Part shown: one piece after another, positions 20,770-30,160 of the stretch
How the letters are laid out: each line of letters begins with the position of its first letter
Position numbering within the stretch: position 1 is the first letter of the stretch
Position numbers and translations under genes: made by a program
Notes under the pieces: generated by a model
The model's database searches: none
What the model saw: the letters and a program-made list of their open reading frames with translations, nothing else
Told to the model about the DNA's origin: nothing
Assembly: GCA_013204405.1 (NCBI GenBank)
Contig: JABMNX010000040.1
Location: forward strand, 1,046-65,045
Direction of reading: 5' to 3'
Source: Candidatus Kaiserbacteria bacterium
GTDB taxonomy: Bacteria; Patescibacteriota; Minisyncoccia; Phycocordibacterales; JABMNX01
Length of the DNA: 64,000 bases

Positions 20770-21832
20770 TGTGGGGAAGTCCACATTATTTAATGCATTA
20801 ACAAAGCGCTCTGTACCAGCGGAGAATTTTCCATTTTGTACAATTGACCCTTCTGTAGGTGTTGTTGCAGTCCCAGACAGTAGACTTGAAAAACTTACCA
20901 CGCTTTCAAATTCACAAAAGACTATACCAACTGCAATTGAGTTTGTTGATATTGCAGGGCTTGTAAAAGGAGCATCCGATGGAGAAGGTCTTGGAAATAA
21001 ATTCCTTTCACATATTAGAGAAGTAGACGCAATAGCACACGTGGTGCGACTTTTTGAGGATACCGACATAACACATGTTCACGGCACTATTAATCCAGTT
21101 GATGATATTACAGTGATTAATCTAGAACTTATTATTGCTGATATGCAAACAGCCGCTAAACGGATGCAGTCAATAGAGCGAGAAGTGAGACGTGGAGATA
21201 AAGAAGCAGTTCTTGAGCACCATACTGTTACTAAAATTTTAAAGACTCTTGAGGCAGGGAATCTTGCTCGATCAACTGAACTTAATGAAAAAGAAGAAGA
21301 GGTTATTAAAGGACTCCACCTTTTGACTATGAAGCCAATGTTGTATGTCCTCAATAAGAAGGCAAATGCACTTAACTTGGACGAAGAGAACGGAGAACGG
21401 TATGAAAAACTCCTGCAATTTATTGAGGATTCACATGCACAGTATGTAATTATTGATGCGGGAGTAGAACATGAGCTTAAAGATGTTTCTCCTGAAGATA
21501 AAGATGAGTTTCTTCGTGAGTTTGGAGTAGTCGAAGATGGAGTAAGTGCATTTATTCAAATGGGATACAGATTACTTGATTTGATTACATTCTTTACGAC
21601 AGGTGAAGATGAAACACGGGCATGGACAGTACTACGGGATAGTTCTGCTCCTGATGCAGGAGCTGCTATCCATTCTGACTTTCGAGATAAATTTATTAGA
21701 GCTGACGTTGTTGCGTACGAGAAGCTTATGGAGGCAGGTTCATACGCCATTGCACGGGAAAAGGGTTCGGTGCGCACCGAAGGGAAGGCATATGTTGTGC
21801 AAGATGGCGACATTATAGAATTCAGAATATAA
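20726..21832 (+). CDS. ychF: ribosome-binding ATPase YchF
   Basis: IGIVGLPNVGKSTLFNALT G1 motif, DIAGLVKGAS G3 region and a C-terminal TGS domain. 368 aa. Confidence 0.93.
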   Translation: MSHSKLTIGIVGLPNVGKSTLFNALTKRSVPAENFPFCTIDPSVGVVAVPDSRLEKLTTLSNSQKTIPTAIEFVDIAGLVKGASDGEGLGNKFLSHIREVDAIAHVVRLFEDTDITHVHGTINPVDDITVINLELIIADMQTAAKRMQSIEREVRRGDKEAVLEHHTVTKILKTLEAGNLARSTELNEKEEEVIKGLHLLTMKPMLYVLNKKANALNLDEENGERYEKLLQFIEDSHAQYVIIDAGVEHELKDVSPEDKDEFLREFGVVEDGVSAFIQMGYRLLDLITFFTTGEDETRAWTVLRDSSAPDAGAAIHSDFRDKFIRADVVAYEKLMEAGSYAIAREKGSVRTEGKAYVVQDGDIIEFRI

Positions 21833-21877
21833 TTGACTTTTACATATTTAGTTGTATAATTTTTACTTAGGAACAGT

Positions 21878-22408
21878 TTGCAGCAAATTGCTGCTTCATC
21901 AGAAAAAGGATTTTCAAAAATGAAGGGTAACAAAGGTTTCCTTCTCATAATTACTTTGTTTGTTTTAGTTCTTTTGATTGGGCTTACCTTCTTCATCAAC
22001 AAGAAGGTTCATGCAGAGGAAACAGAAATATGGGAGTGCGTTCACGTACTTCCATCTAATAACCCAAACCTTGATGGCGAACTGAAGAAAAACCTAAAGG
22101 TTTTGAGTGTCAGTTGTGTTGAAGAGAAGCCTGATCATGCAGTTATCTTTCTTCAGGTTGGCCGCCCACACCGTAAGCATGAGCTAGGAAGTCCTCAGTT
22201 CTCAATTCTTGTTGGTGTCTGGGTCACATATAATGACGGACATTCTGTGAAGGAAGGTGAGTGGGTTGGAGAATCAAATCCCCAAGAAATCAAAGGAAAA
22301 TCTGGGTTTTCTAATAACGACCTGGTCGCGTGGGGAATGGTCGCTGAAGCAATCCAGAATGGGAAAAGCAATTTCCACACAACCGTCCGGCTATTGAGAG
22401 GACCGTGA
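21878..22408 (+). CDS. hypothetical membrane-anchored/secreted protein
   Basis: Signal anchor FLLIITLFVLVLLIGLTFFI. An alternative start lies at 21920 (MKGNKG). Confidence 0.45.
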   Translation: MQQIAASSEKGFSKMKGNKGFLLIITLFVLVLLIGLTFFINKKVHAEETEIWECVHVLPSNNPNLDGELKKNLKVLSVSCVEEKPDHAVIFLQVGRPHRKHELGSPQFSILVGVWVTYNDGHSVKEGEWVGESNPQEIKGKSGFSNNDLVAWGMVAEAIQNGKSNFHTTVRLLRGP

Positions 22409-22418
22409 CAAGAATAAA

Positions 22419-22460
22419 GACCCGTCAGTTCGTGAGAACTCGGCGGGTCGACTTTTTTTA
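22419..22460 (+). terminator. rho-independent terminator
   Basis: GACCCGtcAGTTCgtgaGAACTcggCGGGTC hairpin followed by gacTTTTTTT. Confidence 0.6.
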
Positions 22461-22514
22461 TACGTGTTGTATACTTTTTCTACCTATACTAGTAAATGAA
22501 TACTTAATATAACT

Positions 22515-23453
22515 ATGAAAACAACCCCCAAAGATTTCTTTTTCTCAGTAGGAGCATTCGCTGCACTCTACATAAGTGCTGTGAGTTTACTAACACTACT
22601 CTTTCAGTACATAGACATTCTTTTCAAGGATGCACTCGATACATTTTATGACCCATACTCTGGAGCAATTCGTTTCTCAATAGCATCATTAATTATTATT
22701 TTCCCGCTGTACGTTTACTTAACTCGTCTTATTAATCAGGACATACGGATGAATCCTGAGAAGAAAGAAGTTGGTGTACGAAAGTGGCTTATTTACCTTA
22801 CGTTATTTGTTGCAGGGGCTACTATTATTATTGACCTTATTGTACTTATTAATACATTTCTTGGTGGAGAAGAACTAACTTCTGGATTTATCTTGAAAGT
22901 CATTTCTGTCCTAGTAGTCATTGGAGGTGTCTTCCTGTATTACTTATATGATTTACGTGGTAAATGGGAAACCTCAAAAAGTCTTTCTCAAACAATTGGT
23001 GGAATAGTTTCTATTCTGATTCTTTCAGCTATTGTTGGCGGGTTCTTCATTATCGGTTCCCCTCAAACGCAACGATTAATTCGATTTGACCAAGATAAGA
23101 TTAATGACCTTTCAAGTATTCAATGGCAGATTGTAAATTTCTACCAACAGAAAGAAAGATTCCCAAAATCTCTTGATGAGCTAGAGGATCCTCTTGTTGG
23201 ATTTATTGTGCCAAAAGATTCTCAGACAGGTAATGATTACATATATAACTTAGGTGAAGGTACATTGTTTGAACTTTGTGCTAACTTCAACAAGGAAAGT
23301 AGGGGATACGCTATGGGTGAGTCTCGTATTGTTAAACCTATAAACTCAGAATATGGGTATGGACTTGAGAATGAAAATTGGACTCATGGGGAAGGTGAGG
23401 CGTGTTTTGAGAGAACAATTGACCCCGATAAGTTTCCTCCATTGAAACGATAA
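22515..23453 (+). CDS. hypothetical integral membrane protein (312 aa)
   Basis: Five or six N-terminal TM helices and a soluble C-terminal domain. Confidence 0.5.
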   Translation: MKTTPKDFFFSVGAFAALYISAVSLLTLLFQYIDILFKDALDTFYDPYSGAIRFSIASLIIIFPLYVYLTRLINQDIRMNPEKKEVGVRKWLIYLTLFVAGATIIIDLIVLINTFLGGEELTSGFILKVISVLVVIGGVFLYYLYDLRGKWETSKSLSQTIGGIVSILILSAIVGGFFIIGSPQTQRLIRFDQDKINDLSSIQWQIVNFYQQKERFPKSLDELEDPLVGFIVPKDSQTGNDYIYNLGEGTLFELCANFNKESRGYAMGESRIVKPINSEYGYGLENENWTHGEGEACFERTIDPDKFPPLKR

Positions 23454-23495
23454 TAAAAACTCTGTAGTGCAAGAAGGTAGTAACACTGAACGTAT

Positions 23496-26400
23496 ATGGC
23501 ATCGTATAATCACGAAGAGATAGAAAAAAAATGGCAGAAAAAATGGAAAGAGTCTGGAATTTATGACACGGAGAATCGAGACACTACTAAGGGCAAAGAG
23601 TATGTTTTAGTAGAGTGGCCGTATCCATCAGGCAACCTCCATATTGGTCACTGGTTTGCTTTTGCTGTTGTTGATATATATGTACGAGCAAGACGGATGC
23701 ATGGAAAGCAGGTATTTTTCCCTATGGGGTTTGATGCGTTCGGTCTTCCTGCTGAGAATGCTGCAATAAAAAATAATTTAAATCCAAAAGAGTGGACCGA
23801 TAAAAATATCGCATACATGAAAGGGCAGTTAGAAAGTATGGGGAATGCGTTTTCTTGGGACAAGACAACTAGCTCAACTGATCCTGAATACTATAAGTGG
23901 ACCCAGTGGATGTTCACTAAGTTTTTTGAAAATGATATCGCATACCGAGGTGAAGGAATTGTAAACTGGTGCTCGAGCTGTAACACAGTACTTGCAAATG
24001 AACAGGTACTTCCCGAGGGAGACTGTGAGCGGTGTGGTAATCAGGTTGAAAAGAAAAAGATGGATGAGTGGAAGATGCGTATTACAAAATATGCAGATAG
24101 ACTCATTGATGATTTAGATTCACTCGATTGGCCTGAGTCAATAAAAGAGTCGCAGCGTAATTGGATAGGGCGAAGTGAAGGGGCAGAGATTGATTTTCCG
24201 CTTTCGCTATCTTTATATGGAGGTGAAGTTGTGTTTGCAACAAACAATCATGGGAAGCTCGAGCGAATGCAGAAACTTTTTGATGCTGCAGGGTTTTCAA
24301 TAAAATTAAAGACACCACTTGAAATTGGTGTTAAAGATTTTAATGTAGAAGAAGATAGACCGACACTTGAAGAAAATGCTGAAAAGAAGGCTCGTGCTCT
24401 TGCTGAAAAAACAGACCTTCCTGTACTGGCCGATGACAGCGGGTTCTTTATTGATGGAGAAGAGATTGACCCAGTAACAGTAAAAAGAAACGCACTTGCT
24501 GGACAGTCTGAAGAAGGTATGACTATCGAAGAGGTAGGAAATTTAATGATTACATACTATCAAAATGTCGCTAAAGCTCGAGGAGGGTCTGTTGATGCTG
24601 AATGGCATAATGCTTTTTGTCTAATTACATCAAAAAAAATAGTGTCACACACACAAACCACTCGTCCTGTTACACTTACAGACGAACCAAAAGGTGTAAT
24701 GAATCCATACCTACCACTTAGGTCTCTGTACATATCAAAAGTGACTGGGAAACACGTGCTTTTACAAAGTGATGAAGAGGAACTCGAAGAATTAAATCCA
24801 ATTATTAAAGGAATACAAAATTTATTTACACCATCGATCAAAGTGTTCACCACGCGTCCAGACACACTTTATGGAGCTACATACATGGTACTTGCTCCAG
24901 AACATCCGCTTGTAGAGAAATTTAAGGGTGTGGTATCTAATTGGGACGAAATAGAAGCGTATCAAAAAGAAACTGCAACAAAAGACGACATAGTTCGGAC
25001 GACAGAAAATAAAGAAAAGACCGGAGTCAAACTTGAGGGAGTCCTTGCTATTAACCCAGCAAACCAAGAAGAAATTCCAGTTTTTATAGCAGACTACGTA
25101 TTATCTGGATATGGTACAGGTGCAATCATGGCAGTTCCAGCGCATGATGAGCGAGATTTTGCTTTCGCGAAGAAATTTAAACTTGCTACTAAAGAGGTTG
25201 TTTCAAACAAGCTCACAGACGAAAATATTTTTACTGGAGAGGGTACTCTTATAAACTCTGGAGAATTTGATGGACTTACAAGCGAGGAAGCAAAAGGAAA
25301 AATAACAAAAAAAGTTGGGGGAGAAATGAAATCAACGTATAGGCTTCGCGACTGGTCTGTTGGCCGTCAGCGATATTGGGGAGTTCCTATTCCTATTGTG
25401 TATGACAAGGAAGGAAAGGCTCACCCTGTTCCAGAAAAACATCTTCCATGGCTTTTACCAGAAGATGTTGACTTTAGGCCTACAGGAGAGCCACCATTAG
25501 CTAAAAGTAAAGAGCTTCTTGAACGAACAGAAAAGATATTTGGAGATGGCTGGACCCCAGAGGTTGAGACCATGGACACATTTGTTGATTCTTCATGGTA
25601 TTTTCTTCGCTATATAGATAATGAAAACGGCACAGAGTTTTCTTCAATGGAGAAGCAAAAAGAGTGGATGCCGATAGATATTTACTTCGGCGGTGCTGAG
25701 CATACAACAATGCATCTTCTTTATTCTCGTTTCTGGCAAAAGGTTCTTTTTGATTTAGGGCTTGTAACAGAGAGTGAGCCGTATAAGAGGCGAATTAATC
25801 GTGGACTCGTTCTCGGACCTGACGGCAACAAGATGAGTAAGTCAAAAGGAAACGTTATTGATCCTGATGAACAAGTGAAACGTCTCGGGTCTGATGCTGT
25901 AAAGATGTATTTAGCATTTATGGGACCGTACGGAGAAACAACTAACTACCCGTGGGACCTCGGTGGCATTGTTGGAATTCGTCGTTTCCTAGAACGAGTA
26001 GATAAGATGATTGATAAAGAAAATATAATGGATTCCGAAGACGTACATCTTGAGAGGCATTTACATCAGACAATTAAGAAAGTGGGAGGAGACATTGAGT
26101 TATATAAATTTAATACAGCAATATCTCAACTCATGATTTTTCTTAATCAAATGCAGACTCTTAAGGTAAGTAAAAATACACTCGAAATATTCCTTAGACT
26201 TCTTGCTCCATTTGCTCCACATCTCACAGAAGAACTCTGGGAGAGGCTGGGAAATATGACCTCAATCCACCTAGAAGAATGGCCCGAATTTGATGAATCA
26301 AAGCTTGTCTCTGACACAGTATCCATTGCTGTGCAGATACATGGGAAGGTGAGGGGGTTAGTAGAAAGTCCTTCTGGGTCAAGCGAAGACGAGGTTCTTG

Positions 26401-26498
26401 CTTTGGTTCGAAAGGATGAGGGTCTTTCTAAGTGGATAGAGGGGGAGCCAAAGAGGGTGATATATGTTGAGAATAAGCTTATTAATCTAGTGTTTTAA
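23496..26498 (+). CDS. leuS: leucyl-tRNA synthetase carrying a ~210-aa insertion with a Ham1/RdgB (ITPase)-like domain
   Basis: HIGH motif PSGNLHIGH. ZN-1 knuckle CSSC...CERC. NWIGRSEGAEIDF. T-rich VFTTRPDTLYGATYMVLAPEH. Editing motif GTGAIMAVPAHDERD. KMSKS motif NKMSKSKGN. Between GAEIDFPL and VFTTRPDTL lie residues ~237-447 (nt ~24204-24837). In that insert, EVVFATNNHGK, EEDRPTLEENAEKKAR, LPVLADDSG and EWHNAFCLI align to RdgB/Ham1 motifs. Confidence 0.9.
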   Translation: MASYNHEEIEKKWQKKWKESGIYDTENRDTTKGKEYVLVEWPYPSGNLHIGHWFAFAVVDIYVRARRMHGKQVFFPMGFDAFGLPAENAAIKNNLNPKEWTDKNIAYMKGQLESMGNAFSWDKTTSSTDPEYYKWTQWMFTKFFENDIAYRGEGIVNWCSSCNTVLANEQVLPEGDCERCGNQVEKKKMDEWKMRITKYADRLIDDLDSLDWPESIKESQRNWIGRSEGAEIDFPLSLSLYGGEVVFATNNHGKLERMQKLFDAAGFSIKLKTPLEIGVKDFNVEEDRPTLEENAEKKARALAEKTDLPVLADDSGFFIDGEEIDPVTVKRNALAGQSEEGMTIEEVGNLMITYYQNVAKARGGSVDAEWHNAFCLITSKKIVSHTQTTRPVTLTDEPKGVMNPYLPLRSLYISKVTGKHVLLQSDEEELEELNPIIKGIQNLFTPSIKVFTTRPDTLYGATYMVLAPEHPLVEKFKGVVSNWDEIEAYQKETATKDDIVRTTENKEKTGVKLEGVLAINPANQEEIPVFIADYVLSGYGTGAIMAVPAHDERDFAFAKKFKLATKEVVSNKLTDENIFTGEGTLINSGEFDGLTSEEAKGKITKKVGGEMKSTYRLRDWSVGRQRYWGVPIPIVYDKEGKAHPVPEKHLPWLLPEDVDFRPTGEPPLAKSKELLERTEKIFGDGWTPEVETMDTFVDSSWYFLRYIDNENGTEFSSMEKQKEWMPIDIYFGGAEHTTMHLLYSRFWQKVLFDLGLVTESEPYKRRINRGLVLGPDGNKMSKSKGNVIDPDEQVKRLGSDAVKMYLAFMGPYGETTNYPWDLGGIVGIRRFLERVDKMIDKENIMDSEDVHLERHLHQTIKKVGGDIELYKFNTAISQLMIFLNQMQTLKVSKNTLEIFLRLLAPFAPHLTEELWERLGNMTSIHLEEWPEFDESKLVSDTVSIAVQIHGKVRGLVESPSGSSEDEVLALVRKDEGLSKWIEGEPKRVIYVENKLINLVF

Positions 26499-26576
26499 AG
26501 AGGTATTATGGGGGGCTTGACGAAACACTAGACAAATGATAAAAATTAGAGTACACTATCTGTTAATAATCAATAT

Positions 26577-27605
26577 ATGGCTAAAATAACCTTTAAACCA
26601 AAACAGGTCTCGAAGACTCTACTTTCAGTATTACCTCCACGAGCTCAGGAGGTTCTTACTAGTCGGTATGGTCTCGGGAAGACAACCACTAAAATGACCC
26701 TAGAATCTATTGGTGAAAGGTATGGTATTACTCGGGAACGAGTACGTCAGATTGAAAACCATGCTGTTTTGAGTATTCGAAAGTCGGATACATTTGAGAA
26801 GACTACTCCTGTTTTTGATGAGTTGGAGCAATATATTAATTCTCTTGGAGGTGTAGTGTCAGAAGAGGAACTTCTTTCAAGTATCTCAAAAGACAAGGGA
26901 ACTCAGAACCATATTCATTTCCTTTTAGTTCTTGGTAACTCATTTACACACAAAAAAGAAGACAGTGAATTTACACACCGGTGGTATGTTGACGAAGAAT
27001 TTGCAGACCAAATTCATGTTGCACTCCGTAAACTTTACTCAAACTTGTCTGATGACGAGTTAATTACTGAGTCAACATTACTCGATTCGTTTTTAAATGA
27101 GGTGAAGCATCTTAACGAAGAATACTTACAAGAAGAAATCCTTCGAAGATGGTTATCTCTTTCAAAAACAATAGCAAAAAATCCTCTTGGAGAATGGGGA
27201 CAAGCATCATCTTCAAACGTTAAAGCTAAGGGAATGCGAGACTTTGCATATTTAGCAATTAAACGACATGGTTCCCCTATGCACTTTACTGAAGTGGCCA
27301 ACGCAATTACTGACCTATTTAATAAAAAGGCACACGTTGCCACATGTCACAATGAACTCATCAAAGATAAACGCTTTGTGTTGGTTGGACGAGGTCTCTA
27401 TGCTCTTGCAGAGTGGGGGTACTCGAGTGGTGTGGTAAAGGAAGTACTTCGAGCAATTCTTAGCAAAGAAGGACCGTTAACTCGAGAGGAGTTAATAGAC
27501 AGAATTCGAAAAGAACGGTATGTCAAAGACAATACTATCTCAGTAAACCTTCAAGACACGTCTGTATTTAAAAAAGATAAAAACGGTAAATACATATTAG
27601 CGTAA
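26577..27605 (+). CDS. sigma-70 region-4 (HTH) domain protein with a winged-helix-like C-terminal domain
   Basis: LPPRAQEVLTSRYGL...TLESIGERYGITRERVRQIENHAV matches the sigma-70 r4 signature. No region 2 or region 3. Confidence 0.55.
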   Translation: MAKITFKPKQVSKTLLSVLPPRAQEVLTSRYGLGKTTTKMTLESIGERYGITRERVRQIENHAVLSIRKSDTFEKTTPVFDELEQYINSLGGVVSEEELLSSISKDKGTQNHIHFLLVLGNSFTHKKEDSEFTHRWYVDEEFADQIHVALRKLYSNLSDDELITESTLLDSFLNEVKHLNEEYLQEEILRRWLSLSKTIAKNPLGEWGQASSSNVKAKGMRDFAYLAIKRHGSPMHFTEVANAITDLFNKKAHVATCHNELIKDKRFVLVGRGLYALAEWGYSSGVVKEVLRAILSKEGPLTREELIDRIRKERYVKDNTISVNLQDTSVFKKDKNGKYILA

Positions 27606-27679
27606 CCAGACTAGAGAGTTCACAATATGTTTGTAAAAGGGCTGTTACATACAGCTCTTTTGCGTTATGATTTACTGTA

Positions 27680-29065
27680 ATGGCATTTAAACCGTTGGAA
27701 ATTTTTGATGATCTAGAATTACAGACTCATTCCGTAGTATTACTGCTTGTAATTTTTGGGAGTCTTTTGTGGTATGCATATTCGTTATTTTCTCCATTGT
27801 TTAGTCCAGCATTACGAATAATTTTTTTTCTTGCACCAATATGGGTTCCACTCGTACTGGGAATTATGTCTTGGAGGCTGTGGCTTGAATTTATTCGTGC
27901 AAAATTTATAAGCAAACAAGAATACGTTCTCCTTGATATACGACTACCACGCGAAATCTCACGTTCCCCGTTGGCTATGGAGACACTGCTTACAAACTTT
28001 CATATTGGAATAGGAGAGACAACATTCATTGACCGATATATTCTAGGGAAAGTACGTCCATGGCACTCACTTGAAATGGTTTCATTGGGAGGTGAGATAC
28101 ATTTTTATATTTGGACACGAAAATTTCTTCAAAAAGTAATTGAGACACAGATTTATGGGCAATACCCAGCCGTTGAAATCTATGAAGCTGAAGATTACGC
28201 TAAAAAACTTCATTACACACCAGAGCAGTATGGGGTATGGGCATGTGATTTTAAATTAACTGGAAAAGACGCATATCCAATTAAGACGTATGTTGATTAC
28301 GGTCTTGATAAAGATCCTAAAGAAGAATTTAAAATTGATCCAATGGCGGGATTCTTTGAATTTCTCGGTCAGATTGGTCCTGATGAACAGATTTGGTTTC
28401 AGATTTTGATTCGGGTCAATAAGGGCGACCTTGAGGAGGATAGAAAATACATAAGTGCAAAAGATTTAAGAAAAGAGAGAGAAGAAGAGAAAAAGGATGG
28501 TTGGATTTTTTTTGGAGAAACAAGAAGTTGGAAAGAGGAAGCTAAAAAGGAGATCAAGAAAATTATAGATGACGCAACTCCCAAATACACTGATGATACA
28601 GGAAAGGAACGCCCAGGATTCCCTAATATGACACCAGGAGACACAGATAAGATTAAAGCACTTGAACGGAGTGTGTCAAAACTTGGGTTTGACGTTGGGA
28701 TACGTGGAATTTATATAGCAAAGTCAGACAAGTTTAACCCAACAAATATTGTTGCACTTACTGCGTCTCTTAAACAGCTTAACTCCTCAAACCTCAATGG
28801 ATTTTCTCCAACAAGGTGGTTTATTGATTTTAGTTATCCATGGCAAGATTTTCGAGGGAAAAAGAAAGAAGCTTATCGAAGAGAGGTTATTGATGCGTAC
28901 CGACGTCGTTCATGGTTCCATGCACCATACAAGACTCCTTCGTTTGTACTTAATACAGAAGAACTTGCAACAATATTTCATTTCCCTGGTTCAGTGGTAC
29001 AAGCTCCAACGCTTGGACGTGTTCAGTCTACCAAGGGAGATGCTCCATCTAATTTACCAATGTAA
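27680..29065 (+). CDS. hypothetical membrane protein (461 aa)
   Basis: Two N-terminal TM helices and a large soluble domain rich in K and E. Confidence 0.45.
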   Translation: MAFKPLEIFDDLELQTHSVVLLLVIFGSLLWYAYSLFSPLFSPALRIIFFLAPIWVPLVLGIMSWRLWLEFIRAKFISKQEYVLLDIRLPREISRSPLAMETLLTNFHIGIGETTFIDRYILGKVRPWHSLEMVSLGGEIHFYIWTRKFLQKVIETQIYGQYPAVEIYEAEDYAKKLHYTPEQYGVWACDFKLTGKDAYPIKTYVDYGLDKDPKEEFKIDPMAGFFEFLGQIGPDEQIWFQILIRVNKGDLEEDRKYISAKDLRKEREEEKKDGWIFFGETRSWKEEAKKEIKKIIDDATPKYTDDTGKERPGFPNMTPGDTDKIKALERSVSKLGFDVGIRGIYIAKSDKFNPTNIVALTASLKQLNSSNLNGFSPTRWFIDFSYPWQDFRGKKKEAYRREVIDAYRRRSWFHAPYKTPSFVLNTEELATIFHFPGSVVQAPTLGRVQSTKGDAPSNLPM

Positions 29066-30132
29066 TGAATAATGAAGTTGCTGAAGAAATATATAAGGGT
29101 GAACAAGTATCTACTACTATCCATCGGAGAAGGTTTTTGGCTTTGGTGAAAGATTTTTTGCTTCATACTTTTTGGGAGTCTCCCGTAAAAAAGGCGATAT
29201 CTTTTTCAATTGCTCTTTTATTAATCGCTTCATATATATCTTTAATTAGCCCACCTTCCGGTTTTCCAGTTGGTCACATTATTACTGTTGAAAAAGGAAC
29301 CACACTTAAGGATATTGCTGATAATTTAAACTCTAGTGATGTAGTTCGTTCCCCGCTTCTTTTTTACAGTGCAGTAATAATTCTTGGTGGAGAAAAGAGT
29401 GCTCATGCTGGGGATTATTATCTTTATGAAAAAGAAGGGGTCTTCACTCTGGCATATCGTATTGTGCATGGAAAATTTGGACTGACACCCATTGTTGTAC
29501 AAATTCCTGAAGGGCTTAATATTAAAGAGTTGGCTCAACATCTTACGAATTCAATCGACACATTTGATATGTCAGAATTTCTTAGGTTAGCAGAACATGA
29601 AGAAGGGTACCTATTTCCTGATACATACCACTTCCTACCAAATGTAAGTGAAGAAGAGGTGTATCACACAATGAGGGACACGTTTGATATTCGTATAGAA
29701 GAAATTTCTACTGAGGTAAAAGATTTTACCCAAAAAATGAACCGGTCATTAGAGGAGGTTATCACTATGGCTTCAATAATTGAATTAGAGGCATCTGAAT
29801 TTGAAACAAAGCGTAATGTCTCAGGGGTGCTCTGGAACCGTATGGAGATAGGAATGGCACTTCAAGTTGATGCTTCGTTTGCACATCTTCTTAATAAAGG
29901 GACGTCACAACTCTCACTTGAAGATTTAGAAATTGATTCTCCATATAATACATATAAACATAAAGGACTTCCTCCAGGGCCAATTTCCAACCCAGGACTT
30001 GATTCAATTTTAGCGGCTGTAACCCCAATAGAGCACAACTATTTTTACTATTTAGCTGACAAAAGTGGTGTTACTCACTTTAGTAAAACCTTCAATGAAC
30101 ATACTCAAAAAAAGGCAACGTATATAGATTAG
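29065..30132 (+). CDS. mltG: endolytic murein transglycosylase MltG (YceG-like)
   Basis: N-terminal TM. YceG signature ASIIELEASEFETKRNVSGVLWNRMEIGMALQVDASF. Confidence 0.8.
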   Translation: MNNEVAEEIYKGEQVSTTIHRRRFLALVKDFLLHTFWESPVKKAISFSIALLLIASYISLISPPSGFPVGHIITVEKGTTLKDIADNLNSSDVVRSPLLFYSAVIILGGEKSAHAGDYYLYEKEGVFTLAYRIVHGKFGLTPIVVQIPEGLNIKELAQHLTNSIDTFDMSEFLRLAEHEEGYLFPDTYHFLPNVSEEEVYHTMRDTFDIRIEEISTEVKDFTQKMNRSLEEVITMASIIELEASEFETKRNVSGVLWNRMEIGMALQVDASFAHLLNKGTSQLSLEDLEIDSPYNTYKHKGLPPGPISNPGLDSILAAVTPIEHNYFYYLADKSGVTHFSKTFNEHTQKKATYID

Positions 30133-30160
30133 CATCTATCTTCGTGCTATAAACAGTTCT

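Noticed and set aside
23496-26498. Initial impression that the LeuRS CP1 editing domain was truncated.
   Set aside because: Recounting shows the T-rich region to the GTGxxMAVPAHDxxD motif spans about 99 aa, similar to canonical LeuRS. The extra length is explained by the separate ~210-aa insertion upstream of CP1.
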